This document shows, piece by piece, positions 1-9,480 of a DNA stretch of 64,000 bases. Every line of letters starts with the position of its first letter. Position 1 is the stretch's first letter. Origin of the DNA: a virus. The notes beneath the pieces were generated by a model. It did not search any database, had not been told where the DNA came from, and worked only from the letters and a program-made list of their open reading frames with translations. A program made the position numbers and the translations under genes. The DNA lies in the IMG/VR virus record IMGVR_UViG_3300042261_000588, positions 64,001 to 128,000 of that record; one strand, given 5' to 3'.

Positions 1-5
1 TGTTA

Positions 6-401
6 TTGCTTTATCCAGAGGATACAAATACCATTCGTATAGATGCGACAAATTCTATGGTGATGGCAACAAATATTTGGTTTAGTCCTATGGTCGGTTT
101 TGGATATACCAATAGTTCTTGCACGATTAATAGTCTTTTCACGAATGATTTCTGTTTAGTCCCAATGACCAATCTATGGGCGAGGGATATAGACAATACA
201 ATCAAAGACATCCGGAGAGAAGGATCGATGCCAGACCTAGTTGAAAAATTAGTGAAGGCTGGAGATGTCTGTGAAGTCATTGGTCATAAGTGGGAGGACG
301 GATGTGGAATGGAAGGATGTTTTAATTTTCACACGGTTCCTGAGCGCTATTGTGTGATCTGTGGAAAAATTCAGACAAAGGAGGTTTCAGAGTGGAAATG
401 A
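6..401 (+). CDS. hypothetical protein with C-terminal Cys/His cluster (may start upstream of the window)
   Basis: ORF with CEVIGHKW..C..C..H..CVICG; stop overlaps the next start. Confidence 0.55.
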   Translation: MLYPEDTNTIRIDATNSMVMATNIWFSPMVGFGYTNSSCTINSLFTNDFCLVPMTNLWARDIDNTIKDIRREGSMPDLVEKLVKAGDVCEVIGHKWEDGCGMEGCFNFHTVPERYCVICGKIQTKEVSEWK

Positions 402-1285
402 ATCCGTTAGTGACTATTGCGGTTTGCTTTAAGGCTGGAACTAAAGACATTCTCAAGATATTTCTTTCGTCCATATTCTTGTATACTCGAAAGAATTTTA
501 AAATTGTCGTCATTACGGCGGACAATCAGTCTACTCATGAGGCAAAGGAAGCTATCTCGCCGTCTATCTATGTGGAATGCGTAGAGGTTAAAATCGGAGA
601 TGTCCCAAAAGCACGGATTCATGGAGCTATGCTGGATTCTTATCTGGCATCAAATCAGGTTACTACGGAATATCTATTGACGATGGATTCAGATTGTTTT
701 CCGGTTGCAGACGGTTGGCTGGAAGGATTGTTAAAGATGATGGATGATGGGGCAAGAGTTTCAGGGATTCTACATCCTTGGGCACCGCCTCCAACTGACA
801 TGGATCATCGCAAGATAGAATGGAGGGTGATGTCGCAACATTGCTGGGATAGCACTCATGTTGCCTGTCAGATGATTCGTGTGGCAGACCTTAAAGAACT
901 GGGCGTCACATACGCAGGCGGCGATGATACGGGTCTGTTGATCCCATTGGAGGCCAAGAAGCGTGGCTGGAAGGTTGATGGGTATAAGGTGACTAGATGT
1001 GCGAAGCCTCTTGATAAATCTGATCCAGAGTCCAATCGTTATGTTTGTTTGATATTCGGCGATAAGGTGTATCATCATGGCGGATTTACCCGTATTGCAA
1101 CAATGGGAGATAAGCCCGTTATGGAAGCAGCATACGAGTGGGTATTGCAATCTTTGATGTTGTGGGGAGAGGCGGGATTTTTACTCAATGAAAATAATTC
1201 GTATAAATTCAAGTTTGATCGTGAAGAGGATGTCGCTCAGGAAAAAACAAGTCGGTTGTTTCATAACGGATTTGCAAAGAAGTGA
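398..1285 (+). CDS. GT-A fold glycosyltransferase-like protein
   Basis: N-terminal VTIAV strand, HG..LD, DxD motif MDSDCFP, GDDTG; paralog of 1457..2389. Confidence 0.65.
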   Translation: MNPLVTIAVCFKAGTKDILKIFLSSIFLYTRKNFKIVVITADNQSTHEAKEAISPSIYVECVEVKIGDVPKARIHGAMLDSYLASNQVTTEYLLTMDSDCFPVADGWLEGLLKMMDDGARVSGILHPWAPPPTDMDHRKIEWRVMSQHCWDSTHVACQMIRVADLKELGVTYAGGDDTGLLIPLEAKKRGWKVDGYKVTRCAKPLDKSDPESNRYVCLIFGDKVYHHGGFTRIATMGDKPVMEAAYEWVLQSLMLWGEAGFLLNENNSYKFKFDREEDVAQEKTSRLFHNGFAKK

Positions 1286-1470
1286 ATGCTAAATATTATG
1301 AAGACAAGACTTCTGATTGGCTTAGAAGCGTCTTAAAGGCTCTGAGAGAGGGAAGGTATCTTGGCAATTTTAGGACTGAGAAGGATATTCTCAGGGAGTT
1401 GAAGCGAAGGATTCCCGAAGGATGTGTTGATGTTTGGGATAACAGGAGGGTAAAAAATGGATTTAGATAA
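1282..1470 (+). CDS. small hypothetical protein
   Basis: ORF overlaps both neighbours in an operon-like way. Confidence 0.45.
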   Translation: MNAKYYEDKTSDWLRSVLKALREGRYLGNFRTEKDILRELKRRIPEGCVDVWDNRRVKNGFR

Positions 1471-2389
1471 GTCAGTTACAATCTTGATGGTCTATGCTTC
1501 TGGTATTCAGAAGATGCTTCGAGTTACGTTAGAGGCTTTACTGAGGCACGAAGCAGGAATGCCATATATTTTGCGTATTATCGTGGACAAGAAAGACGGT
1601 GACGCATTAAGAGAGATACGAGAACTTGCCCCCTGTGTCGACATCAGGTCTTATCAAGTGGGAGATTCGAAGAGTGCTAGTGGACAGCATGGACGATTGT
1701 TAGATCGTGCAGTTTTGAATGTAACGACTTCTCATTTTCTAGCTATGGATTCAGATTGTTTCCCAGTTGCGGACGGTTGGTTGAAGAAGTTAATGGATAT
1801 GCAAGGAGACGATGTTGCTGCTTCAGGGATATTATGGCCTTGGATTCCTCCGCCAGATACAGTGGGAAGGAATACTTTTGAATGGAGAATCCGTAAGTAT
1901 CATAATTGGAATAACATTCATCCAGCATGTGAACTTGTTCGCACAAAGTTGATGCTGGATCATGGGTGGATGTTCTCTGATATAGAAGGAGATGATACCA
2001 ATCATGGGTTTATGGAGAAGGCAAGAGCGGCAGGATTAAGGATGGTAGGACTTATGCCAACTAGGGGGCCTTTGTCCGATCACGGTGATTTTGACCCAGA
2101 GCACAATCGCATGGAATCTCTCATTTTTGGAGATATGATTTATCATCATGTTGGTGCGACAAGAGAATGCCGTGGGTATTCCGATGGAAAGGCAGAGCTT
2201 TTTACAAAATCTAGGGAGCGGGTGTATAATGAAGGAGGAGCGGAGTGGATGTTATTGCCTGGAAACTCACATGTTTTCAAACTTGATCGTGAAGAGGAAG
2301 TAGCTCAGGTCAAGATGAATATGGCTTATGAGACGATGAGGATATTTCTGCAAAAAAACGATTGCTTATTTTCGAGAGAATGGGCTTGA
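1457..2389 (+). CDS. GT-A fold glycosyltransferase-like protein
   Basis: MDSDCFPVADGWL identical to the upstream paralog; GDDT; SD GGAGG. Confidence 0.65.
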   Translation: MDLDKSVTILMVYASGIQKMLRVTLEALLRHEAGMPYILRIIVDKKDGDALREIRELAPCVDIRSYQVGDSKSASGQHGRLLDRAVLNVTTSHFLAMDSDCFPVADGWLKKLMDMQGDDVAASGILWPWIPPPDTVGRNTFEWRIRKYHNWNNIHPACELVRTKLMLDHGWMFSDIEGDDTNHGFMEKARAAGLRMVGLMPTRGPLSDHGDFDPEHNRMESLIFGDMIYHHVGATRECRGYSDGKAELFTKSRERVYNEGGAEWMLLPGNSHVFKLDREEEVAQVKMNMAYETMRIFLQKNDCLFSREWA

Positions 2390-2481
2390 ATATACCAAGC
2401 TGTGTCTTTGTATGGGATGAAAAGGTTTTGTGCTAAATGAGGCCAAGATGATATGCTTGTATTTGATAAGGGAGGTAGGAT

Positions 2482-3387
2482 ATGAATTTCGAGCTGCCAT
2501 TCAGTGATAAGACGATTCGGGACATGGCCGGGAAGACGATGGTTCTTTCAAACAACGAGCGTGGTCTCTCCACATTCAGTTCGTTTATGAATGTTGCCGT
2601 GAAGAGTGGCGGCGATATTGACAGGGGACATTTCGAGATCGTTGACGGAATCCTAAAGATGATGGACAAGCAGGGTGTTTTCTGCGAATTCAATGGGATT
2701 GAAACTCGTAATGGGGTTGTGTATGCTGTAGGAACAGCGATGCAGACCATATCACCATCTGAACGAGATCGTGTGGTAATGCACGAGAAGACGCTTCTTC
2801 CACAAGACGGGTTTGGAATTTGTGTTTCCTCTTGTACCAAATATTCCGGTAAGACACTGGTCCCTCTTCTTGAGTCTATTCGCAAGGCCAAGTTCGATAT
2901 GAAAAAGGTGGTCGTCGTCGTTGGAGGGTATAACGGAGAAAAAACGGAAGAGATCGAGGGAGCAAAGGTTGTCTATCAACAGGGAAATAGCTTAGGGTTT
3001 AGCGGACTTCTAGCCACAACAGGTGACTTCCGTTATTGGTTGATGCTGCCTGATACCTGTGAGGTAGAGAGGTCGTTCATCGAGTCTATTGGAGACATTG
3101 ATGTTGGCTTGTGTCCTGATCTGATTCGTCTTCATAGAGGAAATGAAAGCGGTATTGGGTTCTATCGAACAGGTTTCATAGATCGGATTCGGACTCAGAT
3201 GACTGAAAATCCAGAAACTATCGATCATATTATTAGATTGTCTGCCGGAATCATAATGAATTCTACTGGTCCCGTTATGGAGATGGGAGTCAAAGATGTT
3301 TACGGGACTGGCAATCGTCGTGTCGTTGAAAAACTATCCGTAGGTATTCGCAAGTTTAAATCAACTACAGGAAGGCGAATACCGTAA
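2482..3387 (+). CDS. hypothetical protein, C-terminal half glycosyltransferase-like
   Basis: SD GGAGG; LLESI..VVVVGG..WLMLPDTC resembles a degenerate GT-A domain. Confidence 0.45.
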   Translation: MNFELPFSDKTIRDMAGKTMVLSNNERGLSTFSSFMNVAVKSGGDIDRGHFEIVDGILKMMDKQGVFCEFNGIETRNGVVYAVGTAMQTISPSERDRVVMHEKTLLPQDGFGICVSSCTKYSGKTLVPLLESIRKAKFDMKKVVVVVGGYNGEKTEEIEGAKVVYQQGNSLGFSGLLATTGDFRYWLMLPDTCEVERSFIESIGDIDVGLCPDLIRLHRGNESGIGFYRTGFIDRIRTQMTENPETIDHIIRLSAGIIMNSTGPVMEMGVKDVYGTGNRRVVEKLSVGIRKFKSTTGRRIP

Positions 3388-3396
3388 GGAGCAATT

Positions 3397-4623
3397 ATGT
3401 CCGGTCTGCCTGTGGTTTGCCTATTCGGGAAACAGGGAATTAAGCTGGTATCGCCTCCTGCACCTCCATTTGAAACAAGAGAGATGGATGTCAGGTGCTA
3501 TCTCGATGATACCAATCTGAATGTCATTCTTGCCAAGGATCGTCCTTCGGCTATCGTGTCTTTTGGGGATGTTCAAAGATATAAACATCTTCTTGGGTCG
3601 CCAGAATTTGTTCTCAGAATGTGGTTTCACTTTGAAGACGATAAAAACTTGAATGATATTGGGAGCAAGGTCTTTAGCGGTTTCTTCTTTAATGCGACAA
3701 AGGCTGTGTGCGATAAACCTCTCGTTTCTGTTTTCACACCGGCTTTCAAGACAGGAGATAAGATAGAAAAACCTTTCCGGTCGTTGTTGGCTCAAACGCA
3801 CTTGGAGTGGGAATGGGTCATCGTTGATGATTCGGATGACAACGGGGAAACATTCAAGCGTCTATCTGATCTTGCCGAGCAGGACAATCGAATCAGAGTG
3901 TATCGTGAGAGCAGGCATTCAGGAAGGATCGGAACAGTCAAGAGGTCTGCCTGCGGACTTGCTAGAGGCAAGTATCTTGTCGAGTTGGACCATGACGATG
4001 AGTTGACTCCTAATGCTCTAAAATGGGTTGCGGAAGCTTTCGATGCTCATCCTGAAGCTGGATTTGTATATACGGATTTTGCAGAATGTTTTGAGGATGG
4101 TACGCCGTGGACGTATGGTCATGGGTGGGGATTGGGATATGGGTCGTATAGGGAGGAGACACATGGTGGTATTAAGTATATGGTCGTCAACTCTCCGAAT
4201 ATAAACGCCAAGACGATCAGACATATCGTGGCGGCTCCTAATCATATACGGGCTTGGAGAAAGACGGTTTATGATGCAATTGGTGGACATCGTGATCTCA
4301 TGCACGTCGCAGATGATTATGAATTGATGGTGAGGACGTTTTTAAATACGAGAATGATCCGAATACCCAAAATGGGATATGTTCAATATAGGAATATGGA
4401 TGGGAGCGGGAATACTCATCAGGCTAGGAATAAGGAGATTCAGCGATTGGTTCGGTATATCTCGGTGAGCAATGATCTGGAGATTCACAATAGACTGCTG
4501 GAGCTTGGAGTGGACGATCCGATTTTTAGCAAGGATGATTCTCCGTCTTTTTACAGATTGCGCAAAATTCCAAATCCTCTCGTAGAGTCTCACTGCACGA
4601 TCACTTACGAGCCAAAGACATGA
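3397..4623 (+). CDS. glycosyltransferase family 2
   Basis: PLVSVFTPAF, WEWVIVDDSDD, ARGKYLVELDHDD, ADDYEL. Confidence 0.9.
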   Translation: MSGLPVVCLFGKQGIKLVSPPAPPFETREMDVRCYLDDTNLNVILAKDRPSAIVSFGDVQRYKHLLGSPEFVLRMWFHFEDDKNLNDIGSKVFSGFFFNATKAVCDKPLVSVFTPAFKTGDKIEKPFRSLLAQTHLEWEWVIVDDSDDNGETFKRLSDLAEQDNRIRVYRESRHSGRIGTVKRSACGLARGKYLVELDHDDELTPNALKWVAEAFDAHPEAGFVYTDFAECFEDGTPWTYGHGWGLGYGSYREETHGGIKYMVVNSPNINAKTIRHIVAAPNHIRAWRKTVYDAIGGHRDLMHVADDYELMVRTFLNTRMIRIPKMGYVQYRNMDGSGNTHQARNKEIQRLVRYISVSNDLEIHNRLLELGVDDPIFSKDDSPSFYRLRKIPNPLVESHCTITYEPKT

Positions 4624-4925
4624 GTTTAGAAGCTAAAAGATGTGCTGCTAGGTCCGGCAAGATGATCTGTCCTCTTTGTGACAAACAGGGCCTTCTAGTG
4701 GAACATCATCTTCACGGTAGAGACATTCCAGGAAGTCAAATGGCATGGAATAGGTGCTACATTTGTGCATCATGTCATGACGAGGTTCATAAAGGAATGA
4801 TAGTAATAGAGAAATGGGCTCAGACCTCCGAAGGTAAAAAACTTATGTTTAGAAGGGCAGGAGAGGAAGCCATCGTGGATGAGGGTGCGAAACCTCACTT
4901 ATATGGTAAAACCGTGAAAAACTGA
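4620..4925 (+). CDS. HNH-like Zn-binding protein
   Basis: CPLC..EHHLHG..N..CASCHDEVH. Confidence 0.65.
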   Translation: MSLEAKRCAARSGKMICPLCDKQGLLVEHHLHGRDIPGSQMAWNRCYICASCHDEVHKGMIVIEKWAQTSEGKKLMFRRAGEEAIVDEGAKPHLYGKTVKN

Positions 4926-4930
4926 AAAAA

Positions 4931-4965
4931 TTTTTCCTTATTCTGACCGAATTTCGGTAATGTAT
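4931..4965 (+). promoter_or_regulatory. repeated promoter-like motif TATT-N12-CGGTAATGT, copy 1
   Basis: 35 bp identical to 5563..5597; intergenic, just upstream of a gene. Confidence 0.7.
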
Positions 4966-4987
4966 AGATATGAAAGGGGACATCAAC

Positions 4988-5503
4988 ATGTCTTACGAAG
5001 TCAGGAACGTGAAGACCTTCATGGGTATGGATTCCCACGGATACAATGCGACTCTGTACCGTGATGGGGTAAAAGTCGCCTTTGTCATCGAGGATGGCAA
5101 TGGTGGCGAGTCTGAAATCCAGTGGTTCGACCATCAGGCTCCCAAGGTGGAAGTCCAGTGGACGGACTATACGGGTAAGCCTTTGTCAATCCGCTGCACT
5201 CCCGAAGAGGCGAAACTCTACGAGTTCATTCGCGGGAAGACGTGGGATTCCGAGGTGTCCGGCAAGTTTCAGATGAACATCGGGATGTTTGTTTCGGAGC
5301 TGGTGGATGAGTTCGAGAACGCCAAGCGGTTCAAGCGTATCTGCAAGGACAAGACCCTGTTCCGTATCAAGGGCGACAAGGCTGACGTGTGGAGAACCAT
5401 CAAGGCGGCGTTCAGCAAGCGAGTCAAGGACTTCATCGTGGGCAAGTACGGCGACCAAGTGGATGAGATTCTGAACGAGAAACTTGGGCAAGTGGCGGCT
5501 TAA
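4988..5503 (+). CDS. hypothetical phage protein
   Basis: SD AAGGGG; C-ending codon bias; downstream of the repeated motif. Confidence 0.75.
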   Translation: MSYEVRNVKTFMGMDSHGYNATLYRDGVKVAFVIEDGNGGESEIQWFDHQAPKVEVQWTDYTGKPLSIRCTPEEAKLYEFIRGKTWDSEVSGKFQMNIGMFVSELVDEFENAKRFKRICKDKTLFRIKGDKADVWRTIKAAFSKRVKDFIVGKYGDQVDEILNEKLGQVAA

Positions 5504-5562
5504 GAGAGGAAACTGGCGAGTCTCTTGAAAAAAGAGGGCCATTTCTTTCAAAACGACCCTCT

Positions 5563-5597
5563 TTTTTCCTTATTCTGACCGAATTTCGGTAATGTAT
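5563..5597 (+). promoter_or_regulatory. repeated promoter-like motif, copy 2
   Basis: tttttccttattctgaccgaatttcggtaatgtat; overlaps the end of an inverted repeat at 5528..5567. Confidence 0.7.
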
Positions 5598-5610
5598 GGG
5601 TGGAGGACAG

Positions 5611-6426
5611 ATGAGAACACTTATTGAGAAGCAGGCTGACGGCTATACAGTCACAGAGGACGACGGGAGACTCGAGATTACCGTACCGTCTGGAAAAAAG
5701 TACATTTGTCATGGCTCGCATTTTCATACATGGGACAAGCTCGACGAGCCGACTCGCTCCATATGGGCTGGGAAACTCCCAGAGGAGAAGAGAACCGGGC
5801 TTTTTGCTAGTCCGTATCCACAAGTCCTTTACCGGATAAGACCGATCGGCGATGCCGTCGAGCAGGTCCTTGAAATCGTTGATAAAACCAATAAAGAACG
5901 CGAGAAAATGGCCGCCGAGCGGCTCGCGGCTCGTAATGCCGCAGAGGCTCCTTTGCTTGCGATTGTGAAAGAGCGTGAGAACGAACTTCTTCAAAAGATG
6001 CCTGCTGATGCCATCCGTTGTGATGTGCAAATGAAAAGCGATGGCGATGGAGGTAGTTACCCAATATTCTCGATCAAAAATATTGAAATTAAGTTTCCGA
6101 AAATCGTTGGGTGGGCTTCGGCTCCAAGAACGACTGTCGGAGTCAATTCGGTTTGTGTGGCATATATCACCAAGGCTGAATTCGATGCGATTCAGGAAGG
6201 ACTTGCTCTAAAAGCGAAGAAGGACATGGAAGCGAAACAGGCCGAGCAAGACCGGATAGCTGCGATTTTCGCAAAGGCACGGGAAACAGGACAGCGGCAG
6301 GTGATGGACAGTTGGGTAACGGATCGGTGTATGAACCGGAATGAAGACGACTGCAGTTTTGATACTGCGTATCAATGGGCGATGCCAGATGGAACGACTC
6401 GTGTCACTTACACCTGTTGTTATTAA
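5611..6426 (+). CDS. hypothetical phage protein
   Basis: SD GGAGG; long ORF ending TCCY. Confidence 0.7.
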   Translation: MRTLIEKQADGYTVTEDDGRLEITVPSGKKYICHGSHFHTWDKLDEPTRSIWAGKLPEEKRTGLFASPYPQVLYRIRPIGDAVEQVLEIVDKTNKEREKMAAERLAARNAAEAPLLAIVKERENELLQKMPADAIRCDVQMKSDGDGGSYPIFSIKNIEIKFPKIVGWASAPRTTVGVNSVCVAYITKAEFDAIQEGLALKAKKDMEAKQAEQDRIAAIFAKARETGQRQVMDSWVTDRCMNRNEDDCSFDTAYQWAMPDGTTRVTYTCCY

Positions 6427-6485
6427 ATCGGGCTGAGGGTCCGGCTCGAAAGTGCCTGCTGTGAATGCCATGCTAAGATTTTTAT

Positions 6486-6514
6486 CTTATTCCGGGCTGG
6501 TTTCGGTAATGTAT
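6486..6514 (+). promoter_or_regulatory. repeated promoter-like motif, copy 3
   Basis: cttattccgggctggtttcggtaatgtat; ATG follows 4 nt later. Confidence 0.65.
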
Positions 6515-6518
6515 AGGC

Positions 6519-7097
6519 ATGAATGGTTACGAAAACGCCCCTGCCACGAAGATGTTAGCGACCTCGTGTTTGATTTGTGGTCGTCCTTTGGTTGATGCGG
6601 TATCGGTGTCTCTGTCGGTTGGTCCCGAATGCCGAAAGGAATATGACGGCGGGATTTCAGAGGAAGTCCGTATCAAGGCCAACAAGATCGTCTATGATGC
6701 GGCTCTGGCGGCTGGCATCGGTCGGATAGCCGAAGTTCTGAATGCGGCGGACAAGATCGAAGCTCTAGGGTTGTCGGTTCTGGCAAACAAGATGCGTCGG
6801 CGGTTCAAGAATGCCGAGAGGCTGGCGGAGATCGAGATTGAGGAAGTCGGTGGGGCTTATCGGGTGGTGACTCCCTATCGCCGCAAGGACTCCAAGGCGT
6901 TTATCAAGGCATGGCGAACAGTCCCTGGTCGTCGGTGGGAGAATGGGGCTAACGTGGTGCCAGTGGCTTCCAAGAAGGCTCTGTGGTCGGTTCTTAAGCA
7001 GTTCTTCGGCGGCAAGTATGCGAAGGGACCGAAGGGCGTGTTTCGGATACCGGAGGAGGCTCCTGCTATGGTTCAGGAACAGTTGAGTTTGGCTTGA
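6519..7097 (+). CDS. DUF6011-like Zn-finger protein
   Basis: CLICGRPLVD..S....GPECRK. Confidence 0.65.
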   Translation: MNGYENAPATKMLATSCLICGRPLVDAVSVSLSVGPECRKEYDGGISEEVRIKANKIVYDAALAAGIGRIAEVLNAADKIEALGLSVLANKMRRRFKNAERLAEIEIEEVGGAYRVVTPYRRKDSKAFIKAWRTVPGRRWENGANVVPVASKKALWSVLKQFFGGKYAKGPKGVFRIPEEAPAMVQEQLSLA

Positions 7098-7108
7098 AGG
7101 AGATAGCA

Positions 7109-7426
7109 ATGAGTCAGAAAACCAGGTTTGAAGGACCTATCAAAATCGAAGGACCTTTTGAGGATTGCTCGATTCCTTTTGGATTCGGGACGACTACTCT
7201 ATATCGAGAGACTTGGTTCGTCACTCGACCACTGCCGCTGAAAGAGCGTAAAACTCCTTGTCAGAAGATCACTGGGTCCAAGGGGCTTGGCAGCATTGTT
7301 CGGTTTAAAAATAATCCTAAACGATTCGTTGTCAACGATCTTCATCCCTGCAAGGCGTTTGATTCTCTGATGAAGGCGGTAGATTTCCTCGTGAAGAACG
7401 ATGGTAAGATTGTGTTCTGTTCGTAA
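7109..7426 (+). CDS. hypothetical protein
   Basis: SD AAGGAG. Confidence 0.55.
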   Translation: MSQKTRFEGPIKIEGPFEDCSIPFGFGTTTLYRETWFVTRPLPLKERKTPCQKITGSKGLGSIVRFKNNPKRFVVNDLHPCKAFDSLMKAVDFLVKNDGKIVFCS

Positions 7427-7440
7427 AAAGGAATGAGAGT

Positions 7441-7806
7441 ATGAAGTTTCTAGTCACAAAGACCTGTAAGGGCGTATTTGACACCGAATTCGAGCGACAG
7501 AGGATCAAGAGGGCGTTCAAGGATAAGCCGGAAATTCAAAAGCGCCTCACGCTGCTCATGGATGCCATTGAGGCTGGCGAGTGGAAGAAAGCTTATCGGA
7601 TGCTCGAAGGCAAGTGGTGGGGAAGTTATGATAAAAAGTATGGATGTCCCCGTAAGGAATTTATCGGTAGCCCGGATTTGAAAAACCCCCAATGGCAAGG
7701 ACAACCGGCAAATGGATTTGACCCTTGGCATGGGTATGCCAGCTTGGTGTATAGGATGTCACATCAGGTAAAGGGCGGCGTCAAGTATGTGGTTGAGAAG
7801 ATTTAG
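7441..7806 (+). CDS. hypothetical protein
   Basis: ORF with SD-like AAGGA. Confidence 0.55.
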   Translation: MKFLVTKTCKGVFDTEFERQRIKRAFKDKPEIQKRLTLLMDAIEAGEWKKAYRMLEGKWWGSYDKKYGCPRKEFIGSPDLKNPQWQGQPANGFDPWHGYASLVYRMSHQVKGGVKYVVEKI

Positions 7807-7809
7807 TCA

Positions 7810-7834
7810 TATTCTGGCTGACTTTCGGTAATGT
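7810..7834 (+). promoter_or_regulatory. repeated promoter-like motif, copy 4
   Basis: tattctggctgactttcggtaatgt, identical to 9450..9474. Confidence 0.65.
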
Positions 7835-7864
7835 ATCAGCATAAGATGGTTGGAGGAGGTTTCA

Positions 7865-9340
7865 ATGGCAACACAAATTATTGTTCCAGTGTCGAAGATC
7901 GCAAATGTTCGGGTTCACCCCAATGCTTCGATGCTTGGACTTGCTCAGGTTTCGAATTACCAGGTCGTTGTTGGCCTTGTGGAAGACCCCAAAGGTAGCA
8001 TCGTTCGGCATTTCTTGAAGGGCAAGCTGGATGATAAGGGCAAGAGAATTCCGCTCTTTGCAAACCCTCTAAGCCTGACTGGAACTGAACTCGTTCTGAG
8101 CTATCAGTGCTATACCGAAGACAAGGAAGGTGTTAAGACATTTATTAACCCAGAAGATGTCGAGGTGGTGAATTTTTCTTTCCGCTATCACGAGGGCGAC
8201 CTGATCGTCTATGTTCCGGGTGACTCAATCGTAACGGATGAGTGGGCTGAAAAGCTTGGCATCAAGACTCTCCTCAAGGGCGGAAATCGGGTAGCCAAGA
8301 TCGCTTTGCGTGGAGAGCCGTCATTCGGTCTGGTCATTGAAATCCCCGAAGATAAGAAGGGCATCTGGCAGGAGGGGGATAATGTCGCTGACTACTTTGG
8401 GATCACCAAGTATGAACCGCCGGTTAGGGCAAATGCTGGTGATGCTGCTCCTCGTGATTCCGAGATCGATCCTTATTTTGACAAGTTCACGGACATCCAG
8501 AATTTGCGCTTCTTCACATCAGTCTTTCAACCGGGAGAAGAGGTCGTTATTAGTGAGAAGCTGCACGGGACCAATTGTCGTCTTGGCATTATCAATGGTC
8601 ACAAGATTGCTGGCTCTATGGAGATTCGGCGTGCAATGCCAGTTCGTGTTCCCAAGAATGAGCTAACCAACGAGCAGATGGTTGGGATGCGAGTCAAGAA
8701 TCCGTCTGGTAAACCGTTTAAGTCGGGCAACAAGATCAACACGGTCAAAGAGATTGTGGATCATCCCAATAGAGAAGGTGTAAAAGCATTTTCGTTTTAC
8801 GAGGATGATTCGGTTGTGGGCTGCAACACCTGTGTTCCTGAAAGCCTTATGAATGAGCCTGTTGGTTTCAACGACGAGGAAGTCAAGAAGAGCACCTATT
8901 GGTTCCCGTGGTCATTGCCGTCTGTGGAAGCCTTGCTGGTAGAGCTGTCGAAATCTCATCCAATTGTCGAGTTGTTCGGTGAGGTTTACGGGAATTCTAT
9001 TCAGAAGGGCTTCCATTACGATGCTGGAAACGGGTTAGGTTTTAGGGCGTTTGGTATTAAGGCTGGAGACAAGTTCCTTGACTGGCAGGATTTCGAAGAT
9101 ACTTGCAATAAGTTCGGCGTGCCAATGGTTCCGGTGCTTTATAAGGGGCCGTTTGACATCGCAAAGATTTTGGTCCTTGCAGAGGGGAATACAACCGTCG
9201 GGAATGCCCCCTTGATAGAGGGTGTTGTTGTGGTGCCAGCAAAAGAGCGGTGCGATCCGAAGATCGGACGTGTGGCACTCAAGTGTGTAGGGATAGGTTA
9301 TGATCTTCTCAAAAATAAACCAGACTCGAAGGATGTGTAA
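7865..9340 (+). CDS. ATP-dependent RNA ligase, DRB0094/Rnl5-like, with insertions
   Basis: N-terminal HPNA..L; motif I EKLHGTN; ELFGEVYG; FRAFGI; EGVVV; terminal ALK. Confidence 0.85.
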   Translation: MATQIIVPVSKIANVRVHPNASMLGLAQVSNYQVVVGLVEDPKGSIVRHFLKGKLDDKGKRIPLFANPLSLTGTELVLSYQCYTEDKEGVKTFINPEDVEVVNFSFRYHEGDLIVYVPGDSIVTDEWAEKLGIKTLLKGGNRVAKIALRGEPSFGLVIEIPEDKKGIWQEGDNVADYFGITKYEPPVRANAGDAAPRDSEIDPYFDKFTDIQNLRFFTSVFQPGEEVVISEKLHGTNCRLGIINGHKIAGSMEIRRAMPVRVPKNELTNEQMVGMRVKNPSGKPFKSGNKINTVKEIVDHPNREGVKAFSFYEDDSVVGCNTCVPESLMNEPVGFNDEEVKKSTYWFPWSLPSVEALLVELSKSHPIVELFGEVYGNSIQKGFHYDAGNGLGFRAFGIKAGDKFLDWQDFEDTCNKFGVPMVPVLYKGPFDIAKILVLAEGNTTVGNAPLIEGVVVVPAKERCDPKIGRVALKCVGIGYDLLKNKPDSKDV

Positions 9341-9449
9341 TTATGAGCCGTTATGATTTTGGGGATCGTATAAAGCTCTTGTAAAGACGGACTGACTCAT
9401 GTTCGGTTGCGATCTTATCAAAAAACAAGATAAAAGATGTTTAAAGCTA

Positions 9450-9474
9450 TATTCTGGCTGACTTTCGGTAATGT
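9450..9474 (+). promoter_or_regulatory. repeated promoter-like motif, copy 5
   Basis: identical to copy 4; ATG at 9481 with no SD. Confidence 0.65.
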
Positions 9475-9480
9475 TTGGTT

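Noticed and set aside
4931-9474. Repeats as a CRISPR array
   Set aside because: Copies are separated by whole genes; no cas operon, and the Cas4-like nuclease sits among recombination genes
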